DNA from: an uncultured Actinomycetes bacterium | GTDB lineage: Bacteria > Actinomycetota > Acidimicrobiia > IMCC26256 > JACDBD01 | Direction of reading: 5' to 3' | Length of the DNA stretch: 64,000 bases | NCBI GenBank assembly: GCA_963781615.1 | Contig: CAWAGI010000001.1 | Coordinates: 710,793 to 774,792, forward strand | Shown: piece after piece, positions 1-10,120 of the stretch | Position numbering within the stretch: position 1 is the stretch's first letter | Layout of the letters: each line of letters starts with the position of its first letter | Translations under genes and position numbers: made by a program | Notes under the pieces: model-generated | Seen by the model: only the letters and a program-made list of their open reading frames with translations | Database searches by the model: none | Told to the model about the DNA's origin: nothing

Positions 1-155
1 AGCCGCTGGGCGCGTCGGCACTCGGACAGGTCTTCGAGCTCGTCACCCAGCTGCGCGGACAGGCGGGATCACGCCAGGTCGACGGAGCGCGCGTCGCGCT
101 CGGCCACACGGTCGGCCGGGGCGCCAACGCCTCGACCGTGATCGTGCGGCGCTAG
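1..155 (+). CDS. 3' end of a thiolase-fold / SCP-x-type lipid-transfer protein gene (5' part outside window)
   Basis: Frame 3 reads [50 protein letters not shown], then TAG at 153-155. This resembles thiolase-fold C-termini. It is absent from the ORF track because there is no start codon in the window. Confidence 0.5.
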   Translation, partial: PLGASALGQVFELVTQLRGQAGSRQVDGARVALGHTVGRGANASTVIVRR

Positions 156-294
156 CCGGAACGCGGGTGTGAGACCGGTGAGGTCCCACACCCGCGTCCG
201 ACCGTGACGGATCACGGGTCCGATCGGATCACTGATCGCCGGGGGTGGCCACCGGTCGATCCTCTGCTCCGTGTCGGCCCAATCCATGGTTGCC

Positions 295-1218
295 TCAGCC
301 CAGCCCGATCGTCTGCAGAACGCCGTTGAGCTGGATCCCGGCAACGTTCTGACTCTGGTCGACCGATGTGTCGTTCGACTGGGTGTTGTTCGAGGTGTTG
401 CTACCAAGGAGCGTGAACTGCGGGTTGAAGTTCACGTTCTTGTTGTCGACGAAGGCGTGCGGCTTGTTCCACGCCTCCTGCTCGAGCTTGCCGTTCGACT
501 GGTCGGCGTCGTTCGACGGGTCGATCGGTGGGCCCACCCGGATCGACTGTCCCGCGACGTTGACCTGAGCCGCCTTGACGTTCTGGCTCTGGTCGATCGA
601 CGTCTCGTTCGACTGGGTGTTCGTCGAGGTGTTGCTACCAAGGAGCGTGAACTGCGGGTTGAAGTTCACGTTCTTGTTGTCGACCCACGAGAACGCCCAG
701 TTGCTCGCGTCTTGCTCCAACTTCTCGTTCTTCTGATCCGCGTCGTTCGACAGCGGCGGACCGCCACCCCCCAGCCAAGCGGCCGGAGCGTGGTTCACCG
801 AAATGCCTTGCCACAGGAGGTTCACCTGTGCGCCCTTGACATTCTGGCTCTGGTCGAGCCACGTGCTGTTCGACTGGTCATTGGTCGAGTCGTTGGCCCC
901 CAACAGCGCGAACTGCGGGTTCTTGTTGATGTTCTTGTTGTCGATCCAGGCGAACGGCGAGTTGTGAGCGTCCTGCTCCAGCTTGCCGTTGCACTGGTCG
1001 GCGTCGTTCGACACCTCGCTGTGCGACTTCTTGCCGAACGAAGCGACGCCGTCGGACCACGGCACCTCTCGGGTCAAGCCGTCCATCAACATGGGCCGGC
1101 GGTTGTTCTCCTGACACGGCTGCTCATGACCCCCGTCGATGAACGCACCGCTCGTCTGTGACAGTGCCACGACGACGGTCGCTCCCACGATGGCGAGCAG
1201 CGCCACGAACTTACGCAT
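295..1218 (-). CDS. secreted Asn/Gln-rich tandem-repeat protein (3 x ~78 aa)
   Basis: 307-aa ORF with a signal-like N-terminus (MRKFVALLAIVGATVVVALSQTSGA). It carries three repeats of SNDADQxNxKLEQ..DNKNVNFNPQFTLLGSNTSxNTQSNxTSxDQSQNV. An exact 60-nt DNA repeat lies at 391-450 and 625-684, a 234-nt period. Confidence 0.75.
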   Translation of the reverse strand: MRKFVALLAIVGATVVVALSQTSGAFIDGGHEQPCQENNRRPMLMDGLTREVPWSDGVASFGKKSHSEVSNDADQCNGKLEQDAHNSPFAWIDNKNINKNPQFALLGANDSTNDQSNSTWLDQSQNVKGAQVNLLWQGISVNHAPAAWLGGGGPPLSNDADQKNEKLEQDASNWAFSWVDNKNVNFNPQFTLLGSNTSTNTQSNETSIDQSQNVKAAQVNVAGQSIRVGPPIDPSNDADQSNGKLEQEAWNKPHAFVDNKNVNFNPQFTLLGSNTSNNTQSNDTSVDQSQNVAGIQLNGVLQTIGLG

Positions 1219-1281
1219 GTGGTGCTCCTTGTGTTCGAAACGGGGTCGGCGACGATGCCGACCGTTGGCTGGCGCGTCGCG

Positions 1282-2114
1282 CTAGCCGGGCCGTTCGGGT
1301 AAGGCGCACCACGGCGCGGGGAACCACCCGATCGCCTCTCTCCGGAGGCGACGCCCGCTACCGAGGATGAGCAGGACGCCGGCGACGAGGATCCCGAGCA
1401 ACAACGAGCCGCTGTCGAGACCGTTCCCCGCCGAAGAGACCGCGGCCGTGCCGGTCGCCGCCAACGGCGGCTGACCCCACGGCGGCGCGCGCGTACCACC
1501 TTCCGGCGACGACGAGCTTGCGGCATGCAGCTCTGGTGTCGCGCGCGAATGCATTGCAGTTTTCGCACCGCCACCCGGAGCTGGCGGCGCGGCTCGTCGA
1601 CGCCTCCACCCGGTACAGGCGGATTCGGTGCCGCCCCGACCGCCTGAGCCTGTGACCCATCTGGCGGTGGAGGTGATGCCGGGGCGGTCGACACGTTCAC
1701 TCCGGGCGCGCTCACCGACACGGCCGGGAGCTCCGGCAGCAGCGGGACCGGCGGGACCTTCACGCTGACCGGCTCGGAAGGCAAGAGCGGTTGCAGCGCG
1801 GACAGGTCGACCGGAACCGGTACGTGCAGCATCGACGCGCCGATCGTCATGTCGATCGAGTCGGACGACCCGTCGTCCGGCTGGTCAGTTCCCTGGTGCG
1901 GACGCGGCGCCGCGCTCGCGTCGTCGGCGAGCGCCTCGGCGCGCGGCGTGCGGGCGAGGAGCAGCAACGCCACCACGAACAGACCGAGCAGGAGAAGGAA
2001 TCCGCCAAGCAGGGCGAGCTTGGGGCTGCTCAGTCGCCTTGCACTCTCCATTGCACTCTCTCGCGGGATCGATCCTGCGTACCGGGGTGACTTACCCCCA
2101 CGCGCTTCCGGCAA
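1282..2114 (-). CDS. membrane/cell-wall-associated proline-rich protein with LAxTG-like sorting signal; reading frame broken near 1585-1600
   Basis: ORF 1086..2114 makes sense only in its first ~170 aa: a TM helix (LALLGGFLLLLGLFVVALLLLA) followed by a Pro-rich stretch (VPVPVDLSALQPLLPSEPVSVKVPPVPLLPELP). ORF 1282..1554, in another frame, ends PPLAATG-TAAVSSAGNGLDSGS-LLLGILVAGVLLILG-SGRRLRRE. The likely start is ATG at 2051. Confidence 0.45.
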
Positions 2115-2268
2115 ACAGCATCAAAGCCTCGATGGCCTCGATGGGACCGTTTGTCGCGCTTCGTATCCCCAAAGCGCACGATACACGCGCATCGGCCCTG
2201 ATCCGATTTTTGCGGCGGAACGTTCGATCCGTATTCACCTCCAGATCGGACATTCCGCCCAAATCTCG

Positions 2269-3681
2269 CTAACCGCCGATGCGGGAGTTGTACTCCTCGA
2301 TCTTGGCGTTGGCATCCTGCTTGGCCTGCTTCAGCGCCGCGCTCGGAGACATGCCGTTGAACATCTGCTGCTCCGAGTCGAGGACGGCGTCCCGAACGCC
2401 CTGGTAGTCGCCGATCACCGGGCCGGCGGTGGCAGTGTTGGTGACTCCTCCCACAAGTTGGTCGTAGGCCACCTTGAACCCCGGGTTCGCGGCCCAGTAC
2501 TGCTGCACCTGCGGCAGGTCGGCAGCCGACTGGCGGATCGGGATGTACCCCGTCGAGACGCTCCAATCGGCCTGATTCTCGGGATCGTTGAGGAACTTCG
2601 CGTATTGCCACGCGGCCGCCTGCTTCTCGGGCGAGGACTTGTTCACGATGTAGTTGGCGCCTCCGCCGACGAGCACGCCGCCCTTCCCCTTGGGGCCAGG
2701 CATCGGGGCAACCCCGAGCTCGACGTTCGGATACTGCCCACTCGAAAGCAGTTGCTGAATCGTGCCGAGCGCGGCGGAGGTGTCGATCGTCATGCCGAAG
2801 TTGCCGTTCCCGATGCCGATCAAGTTGTCGAACGCGCTCTGGCCTTCCGCGGAGTTGGTGCGCGCCAGGCCCTGACTCACCATGTCGTTCAGGAACGTGA
2901 AGCTCTCCTTGCCGGTCGCGTTGTCGAACGTCGTGCTGGTCGCGCGGCTCTTCCGCCCGTTGCCGTTGTTCACGTACGTCTTGCCACCCAGCGCCGACCA
3001 CTGCTCGAGGAACCACGGGTCGAGCTTCAACCCGAAGCCGGCCTGCGAGACCGTGCCGGAGTCCTTGAGCTTCTGGGCGGCGGACTTCACCTCATCGAGC
3101 GTCTTCGGCGGGTTGTTCGGATCGAGGCCGGCGGTTTGGAACGCCTTCTTGTTGAAATAGAAGATCGGATTCGACACGTTGAACGGCATCGGGTACAGCT
3201 TGCCCTTCACCGAGTAATAGTCGACGACCCGCTTGAGGTTGTCCGACAGGTCGTACTTGTCGGCGTCGACGCACGCCTGCGCCGGCAGGATCGCCTTCGT
3301 GTCGATCATCTGCTGGAGCCCCGTGTCCTCGATCTGGACGAGGTCCGGGAGGTCGCCGCTCGACAACCCGGCTCGGAACTTATTGAGCGTGTCGGCGTAC
3401 GTGGTCTGGTTGACGACCGTCACGCGCACGTCGTTCTGTGAAGAGTTGAACTTGTCGGTGAGGCGCAGGATCGCCTCCTCGTTGGCGCGCTGCAAACCGC
3501 CCTGCCAGTACGTGATCTCTACCGGCTTGTTCTTGGCGCTCTTGAGCGCCCCGAGGGGGCACTTCCCCGACTGCGCAGTGGCGGGGGCGGCACCGGCGAC
3601 CGGGACGGCAAGGCCGACCACGGTTAGCGCGGCGCCGGCGCCAAGGGCGGTGAGGCGCTTCGCGAGTCGGGACCTGAACAT
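2269..3681 (-). CDS. ABC transporter substrate-binding protein, carbohydrate (family 1, UgpB/MalE-like)
   Basis: This is the C-terminal 470 aa of ORF 2269..4374. The ATG at 3681 is preceded by AGGAG. It starts with a signal/lipoprotein-like N-terminus (MFRSRLAKRLTALGAGAALTVVGLAVPVAGAAPATAQSGKC) and the body is typical of sugar-binding proteins. Confidence 0.9.
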   Translation of the reverse strand: MFRSRLAKRLTALGAGAALTVVGLAVPVAGAAPATAQSGKCPLGALKSAKNKPVEITYWQGGLQRANEEAILRLTDKFNSSQNDVRVTVVNQTTYADTLNKFRAGLSSGDLPDLVQIEDTGLQQMIDTKAILPAQACVDADKYDLSDNLKRVVDYYSVKGKLYPMPFNVSNPIFYFNKKAFQTAGLDPNNPPKTLDEVKSAAQKLKDSGTVSQAGFGLKLDPWFLEQWSALGGKTYVNNGNGRKSRATSTTFDNATGKESFTFLNDMVSQGLARTNSAEGQSAFDNLIGIGNGNFGMTIDTSAALGTIQQLLSSGQYPNVELGVAPMPGPKGKGGVLVGGGANYIVNKSSPEKQAAAWQYAKFLNDPENQADWSVSTGYIPIRQSAADLPQVQQYWAANPGFKVAYDQLVGGVTNTATAGPVIGDYQGVRDAVLDSEQQMFNGMSPSAALKQAKQDANAKIEEYNSRIGG

Positions 3682-3707
3682 GGAGACTCCTGTTCTCGAT
3701 GGCACGG

Positions 3708-4613
3708 TCAGCCTTTCACGGCGCCGGCCGTAAGTCCGCGCACCAACTGCTTCTGGAAGATGAGCAGCAGGATGACGAGGGGGATGAACGCGATCACCGT
3801 GCCGGCGAACGTGACGTTGACCTGGTCGATGTTGGTCGCCCGTAGCTGCTTGAGTCCGATTTGCACGGTTCGCAGACGGTCGTCCTTCGTGACCAGCAGG
3901 GGCCACAGGTATTGGTTCCACGCGGAGAGGAACGAGAAGACGGCCAGCGCCGCGATCGTCGGCCGGGCGAGCGGGACGGCGACGCGGGCCAGGAAGCGTA
4001 GATGGCCGTAACCGTCGAGCTTCGCTGCGTCCTGCAGGTCCTTCGGGAGCTGGAGGAAAGTCTGCCGGAGCAGGAAAGCGCCGAATCCGGTGGCGAGGAA
4101 GGGCACCGCCAGCGCCGCGAACGTGTCGTACCACCCGAGCGTGTTGATCGTCTGGAGGTTCGTGACGATCGTGATCTCGAACGGCACCATCAGGGTCGCA
4201 AGGAACACCACGAACAAGGTTCGTTTGAGCGGGAAGCGAAGAAATGCGAAGGCGTAGCCGGCGAGGATCGCAGTCACGAGCTGGCCGATGACGATCAGGC
4301 CGGTCTGGATGAAGCTGTTCCTCAGGTACGTCGCAAGATGCCCGTCGGTCCACGCATCTGCGTACGTGTGCCACTCCGGTGAGGTCGGGAAAAACGTCGG
4401 CGACCTCGAAGCGATCTGGCTCGGTTGTAGGAGCGAGTTGACGATCGTGATGTAGATCGGGAACAGCACGACGAAGGCGAGGACCGACAAGGCCACGTAG
4501 CGCCCGAGGATCCGCAGCCGGCGGCCCCGCTTCCCCGGCCGGGCTGCCTCGACCTCCGTCCCCGCCTTACCAGACAACTCGGTGCCGCGGAGTGCGACCG
4601 GTTCAACGCTCAT
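3708..4613 (-). CDS. carbohydrate ABC transporter permease (MalG/UgpE-like)
   Basis: 301-aa multi-TM ORF containing an EAA-loop-like segment (KLDGYGHLRFLARVAVPLARP). It lies in an operon with the binding protein. Confidence 0.9.
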   Translation of the reverse strand: MSVEPVALRGTELSGKAGTEVEAARPGKRGRRLRILGRYVALSVLAFVVLFPIYITIVNSLLQPSQIASRSPTFFPTSPEWHTYADAWTDGHLATYLRNSFIQTGLIVIGQLVTAILAGYAFAFLRFPLKRTLFVVFLATLMVPFEITIVTNLQTINTLGWYDTFAALAVPFLATGFGAFLLRQTFLQLPKDLQDAAKLDGYGHLRFLARVAVPLARPTIAALAVFSFLSAWNQYLWPLLVTKDDRLRTVQIGLKQLRATNIDQVNVTFAGTVIAFIPLVILLLIFQKQLVRGLTAGAVKG

Positions 4614-5604
4614 ACGACACTCGCCGCTCGAGGAACTGGAACTGGACCAAAGTGAGGAGCAGCGTCACGCCGAACAGCGCAATGGCCAGCACTGCCGCCT
4701 TGCCGTCGTTCTTGGCGAACTGGAGCTGGTCGTAGATGAAGTACGTCAGCACGTTCGTCGTCTTCAACGGCCCACCCCGCGGTGTGAGGAGGTCGATCTG
4801 CCCGAAGGTCTGGAAGGCGAAGATCGAGCCGACGACGAACGCGAAGAAGATCGTCGGCGACAGCATCGGGAGCGTGATGCTCCAGAAGCGCGTCCACGGC
4901 CCGGCACCGTCGACCTCGGCCGCCTCCTGCACCTCCTCGGGAACGGCCTGGAGACCGGCCGACATCAGGATGAAGCTCAGTCCGAGGTTCTGCCAGATGG
5001 TCGTCACCGCCACCGCGACCAGCGCGACCGACGGGATGAAGCTCCGGATCACGGGCAGGTTGATGTTGATGATCGGGTCGGGGTTCTGGAGGATCGACGG
5101 CTCGGTCTGAATGCCCTGCAGGAGGCCGACCTGAGGGCTCAGCAGCGTGCCGAAGATCACGGACGCGACCGCGATCGACGTTGCCACCGTGGACGAGAAG
5201 AACGCCCGGTAGATCCCGACGCCCTTGAGCTTCTGGTGGGCGAGGACGGCGAGGAGGATGCCGAGGGCGATGCCGACCGGCACGGTGATGAAGGCGAAGG
5301 TGACCGTGACCTTGAGGCTGTCGAGGAACTCCGACGAGCTCAGCACGTCGCGGTATTGATCGAGACCGACAAAGTCCTTCGGCTGCCCCGGGAACGGCGG
5401 CGTCGAGAAGAAGCCGAGATAGAAGTTGCGGAGGAAGGGATAGAAGATGAACACGGCGAAGATCACGAACGCCGGGAGCAGCAGCAGGTAGCCGAGCCCG
5501 GCTTCACGCACGCCCCGACTGAAGCGACGCTTGCGCTGCGGCGGGGCGACGGAGGACACCTCGCCCGGGCTGAGGTCCAGCGCCGCGTCAGCGGGCGTAC
5601 TCAT
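4603..5604 (-). CDS. carbohydrate ABC transporter permease (MalF/UgpA-like)
   Basis: 333-aa multi-TM ORF containing EAAEVDGAGPWTRFWSITLPMLSP. It overlaps both neighbouring genes by a few nt. Confidence 0.9.
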   Translation of the reverse strand: MSTPADAALDLSPGEVSSVAPPQRKRRFSRGVREAGLGYLLLLPAFVIFAVFIFYPFLRNFYLGFFSTPPFPGQPKDFVGLDQYRDVLSSSEFLDSLKVTVTFAFITVPVGIALGILLAVLAHQKLKGVGIYRAFFSSTVATSIAVASVIFGTLLSPQVGLLQGIQTEPSILQNPDPIININLPVIRSFIPSVALVAVAVTTIWQNLGLSFILMSAGLQAVPEEVQEAAEVDGAGPWTRFWSITLPMLSPTIFFAFVVGSIFAFQTFGQIDLLTPRGGPLKTTNVLTYFIYDQLQFAKNDGKAAVLAIALFGVTLLLTLVQFQFLERRVSYER

Positions 5605-6689
5605 GCGTCGACGCGTTCTTCGGAGTCGGCGTCGAACACGTGCAGGCGCGACGCGTCGGTAGCGAGGTGGACCTCACTCGCTTCGGCCGGAGGCGCCACG
5701 TTCGCGGCCTGCCTCGCGATGATGAGCTGGCCGTCGTCGAGCCGGCAGATCACATGGCGCTCGTGTCCAAGGGACTCGATCACGGAAACGGTCGCCTTGA
5801 TCGGACCGACGTCGCCGATGGTCAGATCCTCGGGACGCACGCCCAGCACGACACGTTCGAGGCCCCGGCGCTCGAGCGCGGCCCCGAGCGGGGCAGGGAA
5901 CTCGACCACGCCGCCCGGGATCCGCACGCCCACGGCGCCGTCCACGCGGGTCACATCGCCCGCGACCGTGTTCATCGGTGGATTGCCGATGAAACGCGCC
6001 ACGAAAAGGTTCGCCGGGCGCGCGTACACGTCTCCAGGAACGCCTACTTGCTGCAGCACGCCTTGGTCGAGAATCGCGATGCGGTCCCCCATGGTCATCG
6101 CCTCGACCTGATCGTGGGTGACGTAGACGATCGTCGCGCGCAACCGGCGGCGGAGCTCGACGAGCTCGGCGCGGGTCTGCACCCGCAGCTTGGCATCCAG
6201 GTTGGAGAGCGGCTCGTCCATCAGGAACGCCTGCGGACGCCGGACAATGGCCCGGGCGAGCGCCACGCGTTGGCGCTGCCCGCCGGAGAGTTGTGCCGGC
6301 TTGCGATCGAGCAGGTTCTCGAGACCGAGGATCCCCGCCGCCTCGTGCACAAGGCGGTTCCGCTCGTTCGACGGAACCTTTCGGGTCTTCAGCGGGAACT
6401 CGACGTTCTTGCGCACGGTCATGTGCGGGTACAGCGCGTAGCTCTGGAAGACCATGGCGACGTCGCGGTCTTTCGCCTCGACGTCGTTGACCTGGCGGTC
6501 CCCGATCTCGATCGTGCCTTCGGTCGGCTCCTCGAGCCCGGCGATCATGCGGAGGGCGGTCGACTTCCCACAGCCGGACGGTCCGAGCAGGACGAGGAAC
6601 TCCTCGTCGGCCACCTCGAGGGTGAAGTCGTCGACCGCGGTGACATCGGCGAAGCGCTTCGTGACCCCACGGATGGCGACCCGACCCAC
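5601..6689 (-). CDS. ABC transporter ATP-binding protein (MalK/UgpC-like)
   Basis: 362 aa with Walker A (GPSGCGKST), the LSGGQRQR signature and Walker B (FLMDEPLS). The GTG start is preceded by GAGGAG. Confidence 0.92.
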   Translation of the reverse strand: MGRVAIRGVTKRFADVTAVDDFTLEVADEEFLVLLGPSGCGKSTALRMIAGLEEPTEGTIEIGDRQVNDVEAKDRDVAMVFQSYALYPHMTVRKNVEFPLKTRKVPSNERNRLVHEAAGILGLENLLDRKPAQLSGGQRQRVALARAIVRRPQAFLMDEPLSNLDAKLRVQTRAELVELRRRLRATIVYVTHDQVEAMTMGDRIAILDQGVLQQVGVPGDVYARPANLFVARFIGNPPMNTVAGDVTRVDGAVGVRIPGGVVEFPAPLGAALERRGLERVVLGVRPEDLTIGDVGPIKATVSVIESLGHERHVICRLDDGQLIIARQAANVAPPAEASEVHLATDASRLHVFDADSEERVDA

Positions 6690-6810
6690 GATCTCCTCGC
6701 CTGCTCTGCCCTACTGATCGGCGTGAGGATAGGCCCGCCCCCGACACCGCCGCCTCCGTCGGGGCGAACGGTCGCCGAACGGTGGCTGAACATCGGGGTC
6801 GGCGAGATTT

Positions 6811-9800
6811 TTGACCACTGTTCGCGTTCGCCCGGCCCACGACGGCGTTAGCCTGTGGAGCGAACAGCCCGGGGGGCTGGGGGGATATCGGGTGGGGCCG
6901 AAGCTGACGAGACGACGCCGGCACACGGAGACTGCCTCGCGCACGCCGCGCGATGACGACGCCCGCACCCAGGTCCCGGCGGACGACTCGGGCGAGCTCG
7001 TCATCCGGACCACCAGCGACGGCCGGTACACCTACGTCTCACCCTCCGTGCGGGACGTCCTCGGCTACGAGCCCGAGGAGCTGCTCGCGCAGGCACCGTT
7101 CGAGACCGTCCACCCGGACGACCTCAACCTGGTCGGCTCGGCCGGCGACCGGCTCGCCGCCGGCAGCGCGGCAGGAGTCGGTGCTGCTGCGGAAGCGACA
7201 CGCCGACGGTCACGACGTGTGGCTCGACGCCCGCATCGCCACGGTGCGCGACCCGGTCAGCGGCGAGGTCGTCGAGATCCATGCGACCGCGCGTGACGTC
7301 ACGACGCAGGTCGTCACCGAGCGCGCGCTGCAGCAGCGGGTCGGGGCCGAATCACTCATCGGTGACGTCTCCCGCGAGCTGCTCACGGCGAGCACCGACG
7401 AGATCGACGCCGTGGTGGTGCGCAGCCTGGAGCGGGCGGCCCGATTCGTCGGCGCCGAGCGGGCCAGCCTCGTGCTCGTGAGCCAGGACGGCGAGTCGGC
7501 GGTGAGGACCCACCAGTGGGCGACGGACCCCGAGTTCGAGCCCACCGAGAGCATGACCCGGATCGCATCCCTGCCCTGGCTCCTGGAGCGGTGCCGCGCC
7601 GGGGAGCTCGTGTTCGCGCGGTCGCTCGACGAGTTGCCGGCGGAAGCGGACGTCGAGCGGGCGGCGCTCGAGGGCGTGAGCAAGTCGCTGGCGTGCCTGC
7701 CGATCACGACCGAGGACCAGCTCACCGGCGGCCTCGCGTTCAACTGGATCAGCCGAGAGGCCGAGGACTGCACTCCCGCCCTGTCGACGCTCCGGGTCCT
7801 CGCCGACGTGCTCGTCGTCGCACTCGACCGCAAGCGCGCCGAGCAGGCGCGGGCGAGCTCAGAGGCGCGGTTCCGTTCACTCGTGCACGGCACGTCGGAT
7901 CTCATCGTCGTCACCGACCGCGACGGGATCACGCAGTACGTGAGCCCGTCAGTGCGGCAGTTCGGCTACACGGAGGACGCGGTGCTCGCGAAACCAGCGT
8001 TCGACTTCGTCCATCCGGACGACCTCGACCGTGTCGCCGAGCGGTTCCGAGCCACCATGACGGCCGACGCTCGCCGCGAGCCCATCGAGTTCCGGCTGCG
8101 GGACGGCGCCGGCGGTTGGAAGCTCGTCGAGGCGCTCGGCACCGACCAGCTCGACGACCCCGCGGTGCAGGGCGTCGTGATCAACGTCCGCGACATCACC
8201 GAGCGCAAGGAAGCCGAGAGCGCTCTCCGGGAGAACGAGGAGAGGTTCCGCGCACTCGTGCAGAACACGTCCGACGTGATCACGATGATGGACTCGGACG
8301 GGATGGTCACGTACGCAAGTCCGGCGATCGAGTCGATGTTCGGCGCGGAGCCCGGCCGGGTCATCGGAACCCGTGCGTTCGACTACATCCATCCCGACGA
8401 TCGTGAGCACCTGGCGAACGTGTACGCCGACGGGGTCGAACACCACCCGGGACGCGGCAAGGCCTTCCGGTACCGCATGCAGCATGCCGACGGGTCGTGG
8501 CGTCACGTCGAGACGATCGGCAACAACCTGCTCGGCGACCCCGCCGTGGGAGCGGTCGTGTTGACCACTCGGGACATCACGGAACGCCACACGGCGGCCG
8601 AGGCGTTGCGGCGGAGCGAAGAGCGCTTCCGCGCCCTGGTCCAACACGGGAGCGACATGATCACGGTGCTCGATGCGGACGGACGCGTCCTCTATGCGAG
8701 CCCGTCGGCCGGATCGATTCTCGGCTGGGAGGAGGGCGAGTATCTCGGGCGAACCACCTTTCGGTTGCTGCACCCGGAGGACCGCGAGCACGTCCGGCAG
8801 ACCTTTGCCGAGGCCGTCACCCGGCCCGGCTCCACGCAGACCATCCACTCGCGCATTCGGCACAGGAGCGGTGAGTACAGGCTCCTCGAGTCGATCGCCA
8901 CGAACCTGCTCGACGACCCGGCGGTGCGCGGCCTGGTCGTCAACAGCCGGGACATCACCGAGCGCCGGCAGCTCGAGAACGAGTTGCTCCAGTCACAGAA
9001 GATGGAGGCCGTCGGCCGGCTCGCCGGCGGCATCGCGCACGACTTCAACAACCTGCTGACGGCGATCGCGGGGTACACGGCCCTCCTCCTCGACGAGCAT
9101 CCCGAGGACGCTTCGCTCCGGGCGGATCTCGCCGAGATCGATCAGGCCGCGACGCGGGGCGCCGCGCTCGTCGACCAGCTGCTGTCATTCAGCCGGCGCA
9201 AGATGCTGATGCCGACGGTCCTCGATCTCAACGAGGTCGTCGAGTCCACCCGGGGGTTGCTGAGCCGGGTCATCGGCGCCGACGTGGAGCTCGTCACCCG
9301 CCTGGCGCGCAAGCTCGACGGGGTGCGTGCGGACCGCACGCAGCTCGAGCAGGTGCTCCTCAACCTGGCCGTGAACGCGCGGGACGCGATGCCGGAGGGT
9401 GGCCGCCTCGACATCGAGACCGCGAACGTGATGCTGCGGCGTCGCGACGTCGCCGGCCAGATCGACGCAACCGCGGGACCGCACGTGCTGCTCTTGGTGC
9501 GCGACTCCGGCGTGGGCATGGACCGGGAGACCCAGGCGCAGGTGTTCGAGCCGTTCTTCACCACGAAGGACATCGGCGAGGGCACCGGACTCGGGCTCTC
9601 GACGGCGTACGGGATCGTCACCCAGGCGGGCGGCCACATCTCGGTCGACAGCCGTCCCGGCGCCGGGACCACGTTCCGGGTCTACTTCCCGAAGGACAAG
9701 GACGACCCGCCGGCGTCGGCGCCGGGGGCAGGTGACGCGTCGCCGCGTACGGGGCGGGAGACGATCCTCCTCGTCGAAGACGAGTCGGCGGTGCGCAGCC

Positions 9801-10120
9801 TCGCCCGGGACGTGCTCACCCGCCTCGGGTACGAGGTGCTGGTCGCGGCAGACGGCCACGAGGCGCTGAAGGTGGCCGACCATTGTCGCCGGCGGATCAA
9901 CCTGCTCGTGAGCGACGTCGTCCTGCCGCATCTGCGGGGCGTGGAGGTCGCCGATCGGCTCCGGGCACGCCGCCCCGGTCTTCGGGTCCTCTATATCTCC
10001 GGCTACACCGAGACGGCCATCGTCCACGACGGGCAGCTCGATCCCGGCGTCGACTTCCTCGCCAAGCCGTTCCGTCCCGCCGACCTCGCCAACCGGGTGC
10101 GTGAGGTCCTCGATGCCTAG
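6811..10120 (+). CDS. hybrid sensor histidine kinase: PAS - GAF - 3x PAS - HisKA - HATPase_c - REC; frame break inside first PAS (~7158-7180)
   Basis: ORF 6811..7296 encodes the N-half of PAS1 (ELVIRTTSDGRYTYVSPSVRDVLGYEPEELLAQAPFETVHPDDL). ORF 6953..10120 becomes sensible at ESVLLRKRHADGHDVWLDARIATVRD. Further on come the H-box (AGGIAHDFNNLL), the G-boxes (DSGVGM, GTGLGLS) and a REC domain (ILLVEDESAVR...LLVSDVVLP). Confidence 0.85.
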
